Positions 40,815 through 54,290 of a stretch of 64,000 nt of DNA are shown piece by piece. The stretch lies in the NCBI RefSeq assembly GCF_009914755.1, contig NC_060937.1, one strand, 5' to 3'. The stretch is from the human T2T-CHM13v2.0 reference genome, Homo sapiens. A program made the position numbers and the translations under genes. The notes under the pieces are model-generated. The model was not told the DNA's origin, made no database searches, and saw only the letters and a program-made list of their open reading frames with translations. The stretch's first letter is position 1. Each line of letters opens with the position of its first letter.

Positions 40815-41357
40815 TTTGTGCTATCTTTTTAAATTTACCAAGTGCTTCTCTTTTTGCTTCTCATAAGAGGACTATACATTAAGTAGCACTGCCATACTAC
40901 CCTGTTTTACAAATCAGTCATCTCGGATTCAGAGAAACTAAATTACTACCCAAACCATAACAGGTAAAATGAGAGAATATTCAAATCTAGTGTTCTGAAC
41001 GATAGCTTTTTGTAGCAAAAATGCCTCGTTGGCCATATTTGTGAGTATTTTAGTTAAAGCATGGTCTCATCACAAAAGAAATCTTAATTTTCCATTTTTT
41101 CCAGTATACAAATACATCTCACAACACCTTGGATGACTATTTATTAGAATAAATCACAGAGCTTGAAAGCCTTTCCAGAGCTCAGTTAATACACTATTTG
41201 TATACTACCTCCCAAGCCGGAGACATTTTTTGAAATTATACACCCTTCACCATCATGAGGACCTAAATAGCGACACCAGTAATAACTGTGGTGGAAAGAA
41301 AAGGGAACTGGCTGGTGCACACATGGACATATGAAAATTTTCATACCATTTGGGGAT

Positions 41358-41801
41358 TGTTAACATTTAATTTGTAGGCAAGTTAAATTTGGCAGAGTTT
41401 ATCTGAGCAAAGAACGACTCCTTAACTGAGTGACATTCAGAACCAGAGGAGGTTCATAGAGCCCTGCCTGGCAGTATGGGCAGGGAGCTTTTATAGGCCT
41501 TATTGGGTGAACACAGAAGCAAAGTAGATAAGTCATTTGCTACACTTAGGCATCCACCTCATTTGGGCATGGTGTGATGAGTCATCTGCCTTCTTTGGGC
41601 ATGACATAATGAACCATGTGCCTTATTTGGGCATAATGTGATGAACTGGCTGCCTGTGATTGGCTAAACTTGGCTTTGTTATATTCCTAAATTAGCTTTT
41701 TGGCATGTGTATGTACTAAGTTAGGTTGCAATTTGTTATGCAGGAACTCAAAAAGTACAGAGACAGCCTCAGGCTAATGGCCTTCTACTAATTTAATAAC
41801 A
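41358..41801 (-). mobile_element. MER89/MER90-like ERV1 LTR
   Basis: Minus strand TGTTA...AGGCCATTAGCCTGAGGCTGTCTCTGTAC...GCAACCTAACTTAG...AGCCAATCACAG. Three ~33-bp internal repeats of TTTGGGCAT. TG...CA termini. Confidence 0.7.
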
Positions 41802-42366
41802 CATAGAGAAACAGTGCAAATGTCTGTACTCAGCATCATTATATTAGTTGGATTATTTAGGTTTTCTAAAAGCGATACATTAAGTCTAACTCAGGCAGCA
41901 CAGAAATATTTTAAAAATATGTATAGGCGTAATGAACATAAACTCTCATAGAAATAACAGAGTATAAAGCTTGGCCCATAGAGACAGTGATATATCCTTC
42001 AAGCTAGAAGTTTTAACGCTTACATTTTACATTATATCTTTTCTTTATTATATAAATTTATCAATCTCTGTCATTATTGTCATTTATCTTCTTTTTAGTT
42101 TTTCTTTCACTGCATCTGCCAGTGCTATTCTGTATAGATTTTGTGTCTTGTGGTTTTTGCTTATTTGTGTTTCTATCTCCTCATGATGTGGGACCAATTT
42201 ACTGCCCATTATTGTTTTTATTGCTTCATACCTTACATATATCCACAGTTTTATTGTCTATTTTGAATAGTAATTTCTTGATGCTTTCGTATTTTCTGGT
42301 TATTTTTCCAAAGAAGAGAATCTTCTTGCATCTAACATTTTCCCACTTTCTTTTTTTTCTTGACAG

Positions 42367-42491
42367 ACCACCTTAGATATTGCTGGCCAGCTCATGAATT
42401 GTGGCTTGTGGTCCAGCTAATCTTTCCTAGTCTATTCAGCTATGGCCAGAGAAGATGTGCTTAACTTGTGGAGCCTTACTGTTTCTCTAAG
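42367..42491 (+). other. Candidate non-coding exon (125 nt)
   Basis: Branch point TCTAAC (42331-42336), a long pyrimidine tract, GACAG| acceptor and AAG|GTAGGA donor. Stops in all three frames. Confidence 0.35.
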
Positions 42492-45400
42492 GTAGGAAAC
42501 TTGGTATGGGGCAGCCTCTTTGCTAAGGTTACATGGGTACGGTAGCTTCCATGATTTAGCTATGTGTAATATGCAAGGTCTTAAATAGATTTGTAAGCAG
42601 TGAGGTTATATGTTATCATTCATTTATTACTGATCACATTTTAACCCAGTCTCTAGCTATAGGCAGCAGATGGATTTCCAATCTTACTCGTTTATTGCTT
42701 ACTATTGCTGACACATACATAAAGGGCCTTTCTGAATATATTTAAAGAACTCATGAGAGCTCTTCATGAGATAATACTATAAAACTTAGATGTTAGGTGC
42801 TGGATAGCAGGATAATTTTATTAAATGAGGTGTTCAGTTTCATTAGGTTATATTTACTAAAGTACTAAGTGTTTCCGTTCTTACAGTCTATGTGTCCCCT
42901 TTCTATAAACTGCTTGCAGAAGAAGCAAGGCATATCAGTTGGGGACTTGACCTGCAAGCTAGAATTACTCTTGTAAATGCTTCAAATTTACCAAGAGGAT
43001 TATCTGTATATTTATGAGAATCTTTGATACTGGAGATAATCCCAGTATTTTCTGTTCCTTGCACCCAAAAGGAGCTTCACAAACATTTCAGAAGATAAAT
43101 CCATCTATGTTTGGGGAAGTATGTGTGTTTTGTGCTGAACACATTTGTTTTGGGGGTTCACATGTACGTGGTAATGAGAGAAAAAGGTGAGATTTGTTCT
43201 CCTAATTTGTCCCCTTCCTTCCTCTTTATGTAAAAAACACCATCAATTTTACAAGTGCTTTTTAAAACGAATTATCTGAAAACCACGGTAAATATAACAA
43301 ACATAAAAAGGAACAAAGGTATAAGAATTCTTAAAGGCCCATTAATAATTGTCACTCATATCTTCATTGAAATGTAAATAGAATTAGATTTACCCTTTCT
43401 TAGTTGCCCTCTTACTCCTGCATTGATTTGCCTCCTATTCTTGTCTGGAAATTTCATCCTGCCCAAATATTTCCTCTCAACATACTACCCTGTGCTTATA
43501 TCAATGAGAACATTTATCATTCTCTCTAATGATCTTGACTCCTTATCTCTTTCTCCCGCTGTTTTTTTACTTCACAATTTTAAAGGACAAGAGCTGCACC
43601 TAATTTATTTTTAAATTTCCAGAACCTAGCATAGAAACAGAGAGAAACTAAGAATGTATAGTATAAGTATATGAATTATTAGATTAATAAATATACTTAG
43701 GAATTTTCCTTCTCCCTTTGGTAAGTCTCAGTTTCAATGCACTACTGTATTATCAGGAGTTACAGTAGGTCATACATGTCAAATGTTCACATAATAGACC
43801 CAGAGAGATCAAGGAAAAGTAATTTGCATCTCACAACAAACTTTCTGTTATCTCAAAACTGTACTGTGTAGTACAGCAAAATTATCTTACGCATTTCTTC
43901 ATATGCTGTCTGAAACTTTATTTTTAACATATTGGTAATTTCTTGCTGAAAATGTACGTCTACATAAGAGCACTAAAATGACCTTCGGCTTAAGCATAAA
44001 TCAAAATTTTTATTTCACTTTCCTTTTTATTATCACAGTGGTCACTTTTCTCACTTAAACTTTCAGTAAGGTCATTCAGCTTTGACCTATCAAGCTTTCA
44101 TTTCCTGCTGTCTGAAATGAAACATCTCTCCCACCTATAACTGACAAGAGTCACATTTCTTGTGGGATTGATTTCTTTCATCTTGTTCTTTCTTGAGCCC
44201 TTATCTTTCTTTTACTTTCTCCCTTTCCTTCCAGTGATAAGGTCTCTATATTTTCTTGTTGTGTTCATCTTGTGCTTTTTGTCTTTCATTTATCAGCTTC
44301 CAGCTTCTTAATTTATACATTCTATCCCTATTTTTTCTCCACTTATCTGTGATTTTATCTTGTTCTTTGCTCCTAATATTTTGAATTTTTCCCCAGTTAG
44401 CATATTGGCATCTTTTTTATATTGCTATTATTACTGAATCTTAGATTATTGTTTCTGTTGATATTTTCTTGTTAATTTCTCTCTGTTTCTGCCTATTTAA
44501 TCATATTCTATTTTCTATCCTTATTATTTGCCCTCACTAATTTAAGCTTAACTCAGTTTTATCAGATTGTTTATATCTAGAATATATTTTTCTTCTCTTT
44601 ATTATGCTAACTGCACATACTGATTTTCTCTCCTATATTGTAGCCATGAACATTTTTCCACTGCTTTGTGGCACGTTTTAGGACATCTTGAGTCTAATAT
44701 TAGCATTAAAATATGTAATTATTTGCCTTTTACAAAAATCTGTGGTACAGTATCATCAATTCCAGAACCAACTCTTGTCATAATAAATAGGAGGAGTTAC
44801 AGAAACCTAATAATGAAATTATGAAACATATTAGGTATCTACTGGTAAAAAAATATTCCTGAATTGAATGCACCTACTTGTTCTTTTCAAATTATTTTCT
44901 AATAGCTTTGTTAAAGTGTTTCCTTAATTTAAAAAATTATATGATGTAAATAAAAAATGCTACAGTAGCGAAATGTATTTCCAAACATGGGTTTTCCAAA
45001 TACGCAAGCAAATTATATGACAATTAAATGATTTCAAATAATACAACAAAAGTGAATATTTTTTGAAACATTTTCCCCAAAGGAAAACTGTATATCTATA
45101 TAGCACCATTCCACAAGGTTTCCTTGCTTGCTGCTCATTTCTGCTTTCCAGTAAAAAGCCTGAGAGTAACACCCCCTCTTCCTTATGAATAATTTGCCTG
45201 TGAAATATACACTGTGCAGCCGAGCTAACTTGAAAAACTAGCATATTCCTCTGATTCTGGAAATCAATGAGGTGGTTTCTATGAAAACAGATAATCTTGA
45301 CTTGTGGCAGCTCATGCGATGTGTCAGGCAATGATCCAGTGTGCACTCATGTGTCCAGTGTACAATCATGTGTCCTAGACAAATTCTACAGCAGCAGTTT

Positions 45401-46286
45401 GTTCTCTGAAGTTTGTCTTTTAATGATTAATATCAAAATCTGGAATAAAATACAAACTGCAGAATTTTATAACTTCTCAGTTCTGAGTATTTTATCTAAT
45501 GTAAGTTAATTGAGACAAACTAGTATTTTATGTCTCTAAGAAAGAAAAAAAACCCTGCCAATTAAAGTGTGGCAAACTACCAATTCTTAGACATATTATA
45601 ATTAAATATACATTTACATATAAAAATATGATCTTAAAATTTATAAAATCTAATCTAAATTTAGCAGACATATAGCTTTTAGAAAAAATATTTCATATTC
45701 AATTGTTTTTACTAACTCCTTTTGGTATTAATTCTCAGATGGAATGAAAGATATTTTTTCTTTGATGATCCTACATTGACTATGATCTAGAAAAAGTTCT
45801 GGTACACACAAAGCATCAGTAACAATGACCTTGTAAGATTGTTTGAGATATAAATGCGTTAATCTAACTAAAGAGTTAAAGAAAATGATTCTCAATCCAT
45901 AAACTCAGATAAAATTTAAGTTAATATAATCCTGATTAAGAACACCCACACATAATAATATGGAAAAAGCCATATTACTGATTATTAAAGCCACCCCCAC
46001 TTTCCATCCTAGATTATGAGATAATCCTATGATGCTTAATTGATGTAAGCAGTTTTAACCAATCAAAAATGGTCGCTACTAAAATTCCATGTATCTAAAC
46101 TTTCAGTGCTCATTTGATGTCAAGCAATTCTTTGCTTGTCTATGGACAATGAGAAACTTTGCTGATTGGAAACGCCCGTACCTAACCATGCCAAGTAGAC
46201 ATCTTCTCTGAGGTCACACCATACCCTTTTGCAGTGCTGTGGAGTAGCTCTGGTCCTTTCTTCACAAGGCCTGCTGAAATATCAGA

Positions 46287-46847
46287 TGTATTAGTCAGTG
46301 TTCTCTATAGAGACAGAACCAATAGAAAAGATAGAGAGATATATAGATAGGGATATAAATATGGATACAGACATGAACATGGAGATAGATAGATATGAGT
46401 TGTGATTCTTAAGGGGAATTGGCTCACATGATTATGAAGGCTAAATCTCTTGACAGGCGGTCTGTAAACTGGAGACCCTGGGACGAAGGTGCCCTGTCTC
46501 AGTCCAAATCCAAAAGCTTCAGAACCAGGGAAGTTTATGGTGTAATTCTCAGTCCCAAGCATGGAGAGCCTGGAGTTCTGATGTTCAAGGGCAGGAGGAC
46601 AAGAGTCCTCACTTCAGGAGACGGAAAGTGTTTTGCTCTCCTTTTTTTGTCTTTTATCCAAGAGCCCAGCTCATTAGATGTTGCCTACCCATATTGCAGG
46701 TGGGTGGACCTTCCCCACTCAGTTCACTGACTCACATGACATTCTTCTCGGAAAACACCCTTCCCAGACTTACCAAAAGTAACGCTTCACCAGTTCTCTA
46801 GGTATTCCTTAACCCAGTCAAGCTGACACCTAAAATTAACTGTCACA
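46287..46847 (-). mobile_element. MLT2B-like ERVL LTR
   Basis: TGTATTAGTCAGTGTTCTC...CCAGTCAAGCTGACACCTAAAATTAACTGTCACA. 5-bp TSD TCAGA/TCAGG. Confidence 0.9.
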
Positions 46848-47089
46848 TCAGGGTTCTTAATCTCTGCTTCCACTAGTTTCACAAAGCCATTTTTGCTTTC
46901 TCCATGTCCCCTAAATAATTAGGCATAATTCCTTCAGTAAGTTTAGGCTGTTACAAAATACAAGATAAAGAGAGTCATATATTTCTGGAAGTTATATCTT
47001 ACTACACTTTCAGTGTTCTCTAAGCAAGAATAAAACATTGCTTAAAATGACGAATTGGGGGATAATAGATGTTAGGTGTTATTATAACT

Positions 47090-47567
47090 ATTGCTCCTTT
47101 GGTTCCCCCAAAAGCATAGCTTGAGATAAGACTTTGGTTGCATGAATTTGCTTTGTAAAATAAAACATAAGAAGGGAGTATGGAAATGGAACAGGTAAAG
47201 TGAGAAAGTGATAGAGAAAATGCTAATAAACAGTGTGGTATGAAGATGACTGTCAAAGGACCGCTGAGATATAGGTACAGTGCTTCCCTGATCCTTTCTT
47301 TTGAAGGACTAAAGGCTAAAGTATCTGTGCCTTTGCTCCCCTGACAATCTTTTCTGGAGCTGACCATTTCACATTTCTGAGTTGGGCCTGCTCAAACTGA
47401 GCAGAATCTTGGACTTCAATGTAAAGTCTTGAAGCAGAAAGCCTGAGATCCATTCCATGAGTGCTTAGAATATAACTTTCAGCATGCAACAACCTCTCCT
47501 CCACATTTGTGCATGAAGTCAGAGGTGATTCAAAAAGGTGCAAACGATGAATCAAAGTGTCTACTAG
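47090..47567 (-). mobile_element. LTR16-like ERVL LTR
   Basis: GGTTCCCCCAAAAGCATAGCTTGAGATAAGACTTTGG. Confidence 0.55.
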
Positions 47568-48886
47568 AATTCACTTCTTGCATTGTTCAAATGTCTCATG
47601 ATTTATGTTAAATCCATCTCACTAACTTTTCCAGTTTGGGGTCAAGTGCAATTTCTTGGGGCAGAAAAAAAAGAAAGAAGGAAAAAGAAAGAAAAGAAAA
47701 GGGGGGAAAAACCGGACCATAAAACGAGTGGAATGAATCAGTATTTACTTCTGCAACTATTTCTGAAAATATGATATTCACTATTTTTTTCTTCACTCAT
47801 CCAATCTAGATTTTCTTTACCATCAGTATTCAAATCTAGAATGGGTAATAGAAAAGGAAACACTAACTATTAATTAATGCCTCGAGATCAGCTGCAGAAG
47901 ATTATAGCTTATTCCAACCTACTTTTCTTGGCCAGACTACAGTAGTCACAAGGCCATAAGAATGAGCTTAGGGACAGATGTTAAGTGTAACGTTGTAAGA
48001 TACATAGGGGTTTGAACTACTCATTGAAATAACTTTTATGTTCTTCGAGCTTTTTTGGCTTCAATCCCAAATGCATCATTTCCATGGTACAATGGATTGC
48101 TGCAATGCTTCCCTGACAGTTATAACCTGGTAGATCAGAAAATACTCTAGGTACTCAATTTTGGCAGCTTTATTCCCATAATCACTTGATGTTTTATGAA
48201 AAGGTGTTCAGTCTCTACTAAGAATCCAGGAAACCTTTTACAAGTATTAAGTTGTTATCTTCCATAAAAGGCAAGGCTTTGCTCTAGATCCTTAGGGGTT
48301 GGTGTGCAACTCTTTTATTGGCTTTTCCCAGAAACTCCATCCAGACTTTTCTTATATACATGGGGCAGAGATATTTCTCCACCATCTCTCATTCCTTATT
48401 CAGTAAAGGGTAGTTTAGAGACATTTAACTCCTATACTGTCCCAGGGTTGTATTAATAACTGTGTGCTTAACAATCTCCTAAATAACTTGGGAGCAAAGC
48501 CTTGAGGCAGAAAGCCAGATTCACTTTGCCTTACAAGTGGGGAGGCTGTCACAGTGCACTGAGTGCTCCACTACAGCTGTGTAGCCAAGATCAGCAAGGA
48601 TGTAATGTAGGCACCAAAGCTTCTAAAACTTACAATAGAAATCTGTGTATTTTTCTCACATTTAAGGTGTTCAGTGAATTGGATAGAATTACTCTGTATT
48701 TTACAATGCTTAACTTCTCTCAATTAAAATTGACTTATTAGATATTTTGAACATATTTTATTGTTCCCTTATCATTTTTCTTGAAATACGTGACAGATAT
48801 ATTTTACCTTTTGGAACCTTAATACTGAGACTGAAGAATTACTATCTGCCACTGTTAAAATGCATGCTTATTTTCTTTTTTTGTAG

Positions 48887-48941
48887 GACATTCTTCTACA
48901 TAATGTTGCGTCAGTAGAATAATTTTCTCACCAAGTGATAG
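48887..48941 (+). other. Candidate non-coding exon (55 nt)
   Basis: Acceptor TTTTCTTTTTTTGTAG|G and donor TAG|GTAAGC. Stops in all three frames. Confidence 0.35.
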
Positions 48942-49339
48942 GTAAGCAGATTCCAGTAAGGATGAAGGATAAGATTGTCAGAACTTTTATTCCTACCTCA
49001 AACTATGGGCCATAGTTATTTTGATTAACACTGAATTGCTGTTTCATTTACCTAGCTTAGAAAATATAAACCATGTAAAAACTTGTTTCTCTGCTGCCTT
49101 AATTTAATACTTAGTATAGAAGCCTTAACTACAGCATTTGACCCTTGCGTTTCAAATGGTGAGAAGGAAGGGGAAAACTTAAAGTAAAAAACTTACATTT
49201 ATCAAATTAAATTTAGTCTATGTGGACACCTACCTTGATAATGAACAGTCAAAATTATGTTTATGTCCAATATTATATTGATATATAATTTATTTTTCCT
49301 TTTTTATGTATGGTTTATGTTAGAATGAATGCTAATAGT

Positions 49340-49870
49340 ATATTGGACTATGAGGTTGACTTCTGATTTTTCTTTCTCACCCAGCATCTGTATTCTAGTA
49401 GACAACATGCACTCTCTTAACTTTCAGCCCATGTAGTTTGGGTGGGATTACCCTCATACCTCTTTTCAGAGGAAGGCTTGTGGCTGTAGATTGATCAATA
49501 TGAATATGGTGCCTGCTGCTACTGTAGTGACTGATTCTGGTAAAGATGAAGCTATCTTGCTGATGCTATCAGGGAAAATGTGATACATTTCATTTGCTAT
49601 GAAGAGTATAGGATATATCATAGGAGACAGTTATCATCTTTGCCATTACGCACAGATCTCAGGCATGAAGAGCCTGGTGGAGATTAAAATCAACACATAG
49701 GAAACAAACTCTAGAAAATATGGGGTAGATAATAACAAAATTCTTGAAGTCTTGGATTCCTCCATGCCTAATTACAGCTTATTTTTTCAGCTAGGTAGGT
49801 CAGTAAATCCTCTCCTACACCGTAGTTATTTGCTTTAAGCCAACTTGAAGTGAACTTCTGTCTCTTCTTT
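49340..49870 (+). mobile_element. MLT1K-like MaLR LTR
   Basis: TCAGCCCATGTAGTTTGGGTGGG, GTGACTGATTC, TTAAGCCAACTTGAAGTGAACTTCTGTC. Confidence 0.6.
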
Positions 49871-51948
49871 AATCTGGTAAGTCCACCCTGCTCCTTGTTA
49901 TAAGGTAAAGTTTTATGATAAATGATGTGTCTCCCTATTTCCAGGAACTTGATGCAGTCCCTTTTATGGCAAGTCAAATAGTATAACAGGCACTTGTCTT
50001 TACAAATTAAAAAAAACATCAGATTTTAGTAGTATAAGCATTAGGCAAAAACATGACAAATAATAAGAGTAGCAAGCAAATGGATGTTTACTTCATCAAA
50101 TTCACTTTGAAGTAAGTATATCAAATTTAGTGCACTTAAATATTAATTTACTAAATGGTACCTGAGTCACCTGAATTAATGGAGTATGAAGATGTACATT
50201 ACTTATTCTGTCTTGTAAAGTAGAAAGAATTTGGATCATTAAATGCCTAAACATTCATGATGGGATGACATCTATTATATGTGCATATACATTTTTTAAG
50301 TAGATAGTGTTTTTTTTACCAGTTATTTAAATATCCATCTTTTCAGTAATTAAAATGCCTACAGCTATTTTTCCTTTTATATTATTTAATGTTCTTCTAG
50401 GCAGAGGAAAGAGAGAGTAATAGCATATGAATAGCTATTTCCTAAAAGCTCTTGAAAACCTGACAAAAGTGGAGAATTGTGTTTGTTCTTTAGTGAAGAG
50501 TTCTGTTAATATTTCAAAAGTGGAGCATCAAACCTTTTAATTGGTAGCATAAGAGTTGTCTGTATACAAATAAGGGATTTATGATTCACAGAGATATTGA
50601 TTTAGGTAGTGATATCAAGACAAAAAGCCAAATCAATAAATGTTTAATGACTGTGTACTATATGAAAATCTTGGTTCCCACTTAAGCATTTTGTAGTTGC
50701 TATATATTTTCTGGGAGAACCCCACATCATACGCTCTCATTCTAAAATTTCTCTTTCATTCATCAACTCATCTATTAATTAAAAATTGAACTTTAAAGTG
50801 GATTCAAGAAAACAGAATTTTCAAAATCACAGATTTTATCATTTGATATATTCGATCACATCAGTTTTTAAACATAGGACAAAAATAATGAATTTAAATG
50901 TGATTGTCCTTAAACTGGAAAAATACTCCAAAGTTTATGTACTTGCGTGAGCAGAAAACGTATTAATATTGATCCTTAAAAAATGTCTGTTTTTCTCCAA
51001 CAAAGAGAATCTTACGTCTTCAAGCCCTGTTCACACCGCTTGTCCCATTAGAATAAACCTTATTTAAGGTAAGTAATTTGTAAATTAAATAAGATGAATG
51101 AAAATGACCTTTTTTGCAAGAGATAAAATTTCCACAGAATTTTGAAGAATATGATTGTGAATAGAGAGATTTTTTGGAGTAGTTGGCAAACCAGAGGCTC
51201 TTTATGGCATGATTTATGAGAAAATTGGGGGAAAAAGAAATGCAGCTCTTCAGTATTGCTGTGATTATGAATTAGATGTTTTTAATGTTCTTTGATAGAT
51301 GTGAGTAAAGAATGGAATTTCTTTTTCATTATCTTTGCATGGTGAACAGTGTGTAATGTTCAGAGTCTGAGCTCTTATTTTCTTTAAACAGTTAGATATC
51401 TAGCAGATTACCAAGGAGGAGAAGGATCAGTGTCAATATCTTGTATTTCATAAAGCTCTAACATTTCAAGCATCATCTCATAAGTTCCTAACCCTGGTTT
51501 CAGTTTGCATATTTGTTGAAAAAACAAGAGAAGTTCATTCAACAGCATTAAAATTCATCCCTGCTAACATTCGACAAAGATTTTTTGGGAATTAATCAAC
51601 TGCAGTGGCTCCCGAATAAAACACTCACAATATAATATTTTAAGCCACAGCTAGCTATTAACACTCTGAAAGATGAACTGCATACATGTTTCACGAAGAT
51701 TTATATGAAGGACTGATCTGAAATATATAAGAGATGCTGATAGAGAATTCACCTGGCTTCTAAATGAGGCAATACTCTCCCAGAATTTATTTATTACCAA
51801 TGTATTTCAATTGTGAAAGATGGTGTAAGAACTTGGAACCCACAAGCATCTGGATAGAAATATGAAGATGGCTTGACCTTGCAGGTGATGAGTTATTTGC
51901 CGCTGCTCCCGGGTATTATTCCACCTGCTTTGGGTAAACAGCATGATA

Positions 51949-51967
51949 TTGCCAACAGGGGGAGGTA
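51949..51967 (+). promoter_or_regulatory. Candidate CTCF motif
   Basis: TTGCCAACAGGGGGAGGTA versus consensus TGGCCACCAGGGGGCGCTA (15/19), in a non-repeat CpG-retaining patch. Confidence 0.35.
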
Positions 51968-53009
51968 CAGACAGAAGACGGATGAAGCCGATTTTGTTTA
52001 GGAGTGTAATTTAGCTGAACTGACAATATATTATACCTTAATAGTCCCTCAGAGTGAATTTAATTGATGACCCAACTTAGATATTCCCTTAGAGTATCTT
52101 TGTACTGGATTGGATGCAAGCTGGGTGCTTATGTTTGCTTCCCTGTTGTTAATAGAGTTACTGCCATCTGGAGAAGATATCTGCTAATATGTTACGGAGT
52201 TTTTTCCATTGTTGCTGCTTCTGTGAAGAACTCAGAAAGGTTCTGATAAGCCAAGAGAAAAGACAAAAGTAATGCTTTTCTCAGCGAGATCTAAGAATGT
52301 TTAGTAGATTGACAGAGATCATTAACACTTTAAATGTAGTTTTACTTCCATTTTCAGTCAGGTGAAGTGAAAGTAAAAGTTTATACTGGATAGCAAAATT
52401 AAATAATGTTTTTAGTGTTGAGACTGCCTATTATACACTTACACACACACTTACACACATATCCAGGAGAGAAAATATTTATAAAAAGAAAATTACAACT
52501 AAGAAATCTTGTTTGATAATACTACTTTAAAAGCTAAGGCACATAAAAGAGAATTAGATCTCTGTCATTAAGATTGTCCATAAAAATGCTTGTTTCTCAT
52601 ACATAAGACAGTGGGAAAAAAGGTTAGGACTAATCAATTTTTATCTTCTTATGAATATAGTAGAGAGCTTAGGCATGTAATATTATGAAACTTTACAAAT
52701 ACTGATTTAAAATGTGCTATAAGCACACTGGCCCCCACAGCCCTGCTAAGTTTACTATAGACATCAGGTCTTTTTTTTTAATATGATATTTGTTAATTAA
52801 TTTATTCACCAAACATTGTTTATTAAGCATATTGTATGTGTTTAGCATAAACTTAGGGGCAAGAAAATTAATGACTAAGAAATTTCCCCTGTCTTCAAAG
52901 TGTGCATAGTTTAATAAAAAGAGACAGCTATTTTAAATATGTGACTGTAGTAAAATTACAGATGTCAATTTAAAAATATGCATAAGACAACGCACAAAAG
53001 AGGCAGTTC

Positions 53010-53109
53010 TACTGCTAATTTTGTGGTGGATGGACAGTTTTACCACATTGATCTTCGTTGACCAGAAAAGGTCAGCTGTGATCAGTCTGTAATCTGTTCA
53101 ATAGAAGAC
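53010..53109 (+). repeat. 100-bp segment duplicated at 54080-54179
   Basis: Ungapped alignment with 8 mismatches in 100. Confidence 0.97.
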
Positions 53110-53244
53110 TTATACGAGGCATGTATCATTTTGAGACTCTGTGATTGTTGTTTAGAATACAAAAACAAAAGGTCATGTCTTTGAAGAATTTACAGAGTTT
53201 AAAAGAATTTAAATACCTTAGCATATTTCCCAGGCCCTTGTTGG

Positions 53245-53980
53245 GCACTGCTTGTGTGGATGATCCACTAGTATCTCAAAGTCAATGTATGCTACACTAA
53301 ATCTTTCTTTCTTTCTAAATCTTTTCCTACACTTATGACTCCATCATATTTCTAGTCTCTAAAACTTAAAGACTCAGAGTCTCTGTCTTCATCTCACTGA
53401 TTACTCACATGCAGCCACTTCCTGCTCTTTTATTTCTGTTACCATTGCACAGTTCAGGTGCTTTTGTAAGACCACCCAAACTAATCAGCATCTCTAGTCT
53501 CTTTCCTTTCCCATTCCAATTTATATTAAAACCACTTACTAAAAAGTTTTAAGACACACTGCTTCTAACTTAATATTCCCTTTTAGTCATAAATGATTTT
53601 AATGATTACACTACATATTTAGAAAAAAATAATAAACAAGAAACCTTAAATTGTTATATAAGGCCCTTTACACTCAGGACCTAGTCAATTTTTTCAATCT
53701 GTATTTTATTATTTCTGAATATCATTCAGCATTCCATTTAAATGGAATTATGTAGTATTTCCCATACCTGTCCTGCAGTTTCCTGATTCCCTGCTTTATT
53801 TTCTCTTATAATTCAATCTAGACTGTATTTTTCTATACAGAAATCTCATTCCCCTTGTTAGATCGAAAATGCTATTTATTGGATGTGTGAGATTTTCTTC
53901 AATATAATCCCATGAAAGTCTTCTGTGAAATTTCATAATATTTTATGCACACTTGAAACAGAAGTGATCATTTGGGGTTC
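53245..53980 (+). mobile_element. L2 (b/c-like) fragment
   Basis: GGATGATCCACTAGTATCTCAAAGTCAATGT...CTAATCAGCATCTCTAGTCTC. Confidence 0.55.
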
Positions 53981-53984
53981 CTTG

Positions 53985-54290
53985 TGGTGTAGTACAGAAA
54001 GCATTAGATTTAAAATTAGACCTGTGAATTTCAATTGTCCCTGTCACTATTGTTTCTGAGACTTTAGCTAAATCATATATACTGCTAATTTTGTGGTGGA
54101 TGAACATTGTTACCACGTTGATCTTTGTTGACCAGAAAAGGTCAGCTGTGATCAGTCTATAATCTATTCAATAAAAGACATATTTATTGTCACCTCAGAA
54201 GTAATAATATATATCAATAATAATAATATTACTCATTGAGAATTAGAGAAAGTAAGTGCCAATACATTTTGTAAAATGTTAAACTGAATG
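53985..54290 (+). mobile_element. MIR, interrupted by the 100-bp duplicate
   Basis: GGTGTAGTACAGAAAGCATTAGATTT...AGACCTG...TGAGACTTTAGCTAAATCA on the left; CATTTTGTAAAATGTTAA tail on the right. Confidence 0.6.

Noticed and set aside
44960-45346. 128-aa minus-strand ORF in unique DNA
   Set aside because: Non-ATG start, no recognisable motif, length within chance expectation. Conservation cannot be judged here.
54080-54183. H/ACA snoRNA-like reading (AGAAAA H box, terminal ACAnnn)
   Set aside because: Too short, the second hairpin does not pair convincingly, and copy 1 lacks the ACA. Local duplication explains it better.
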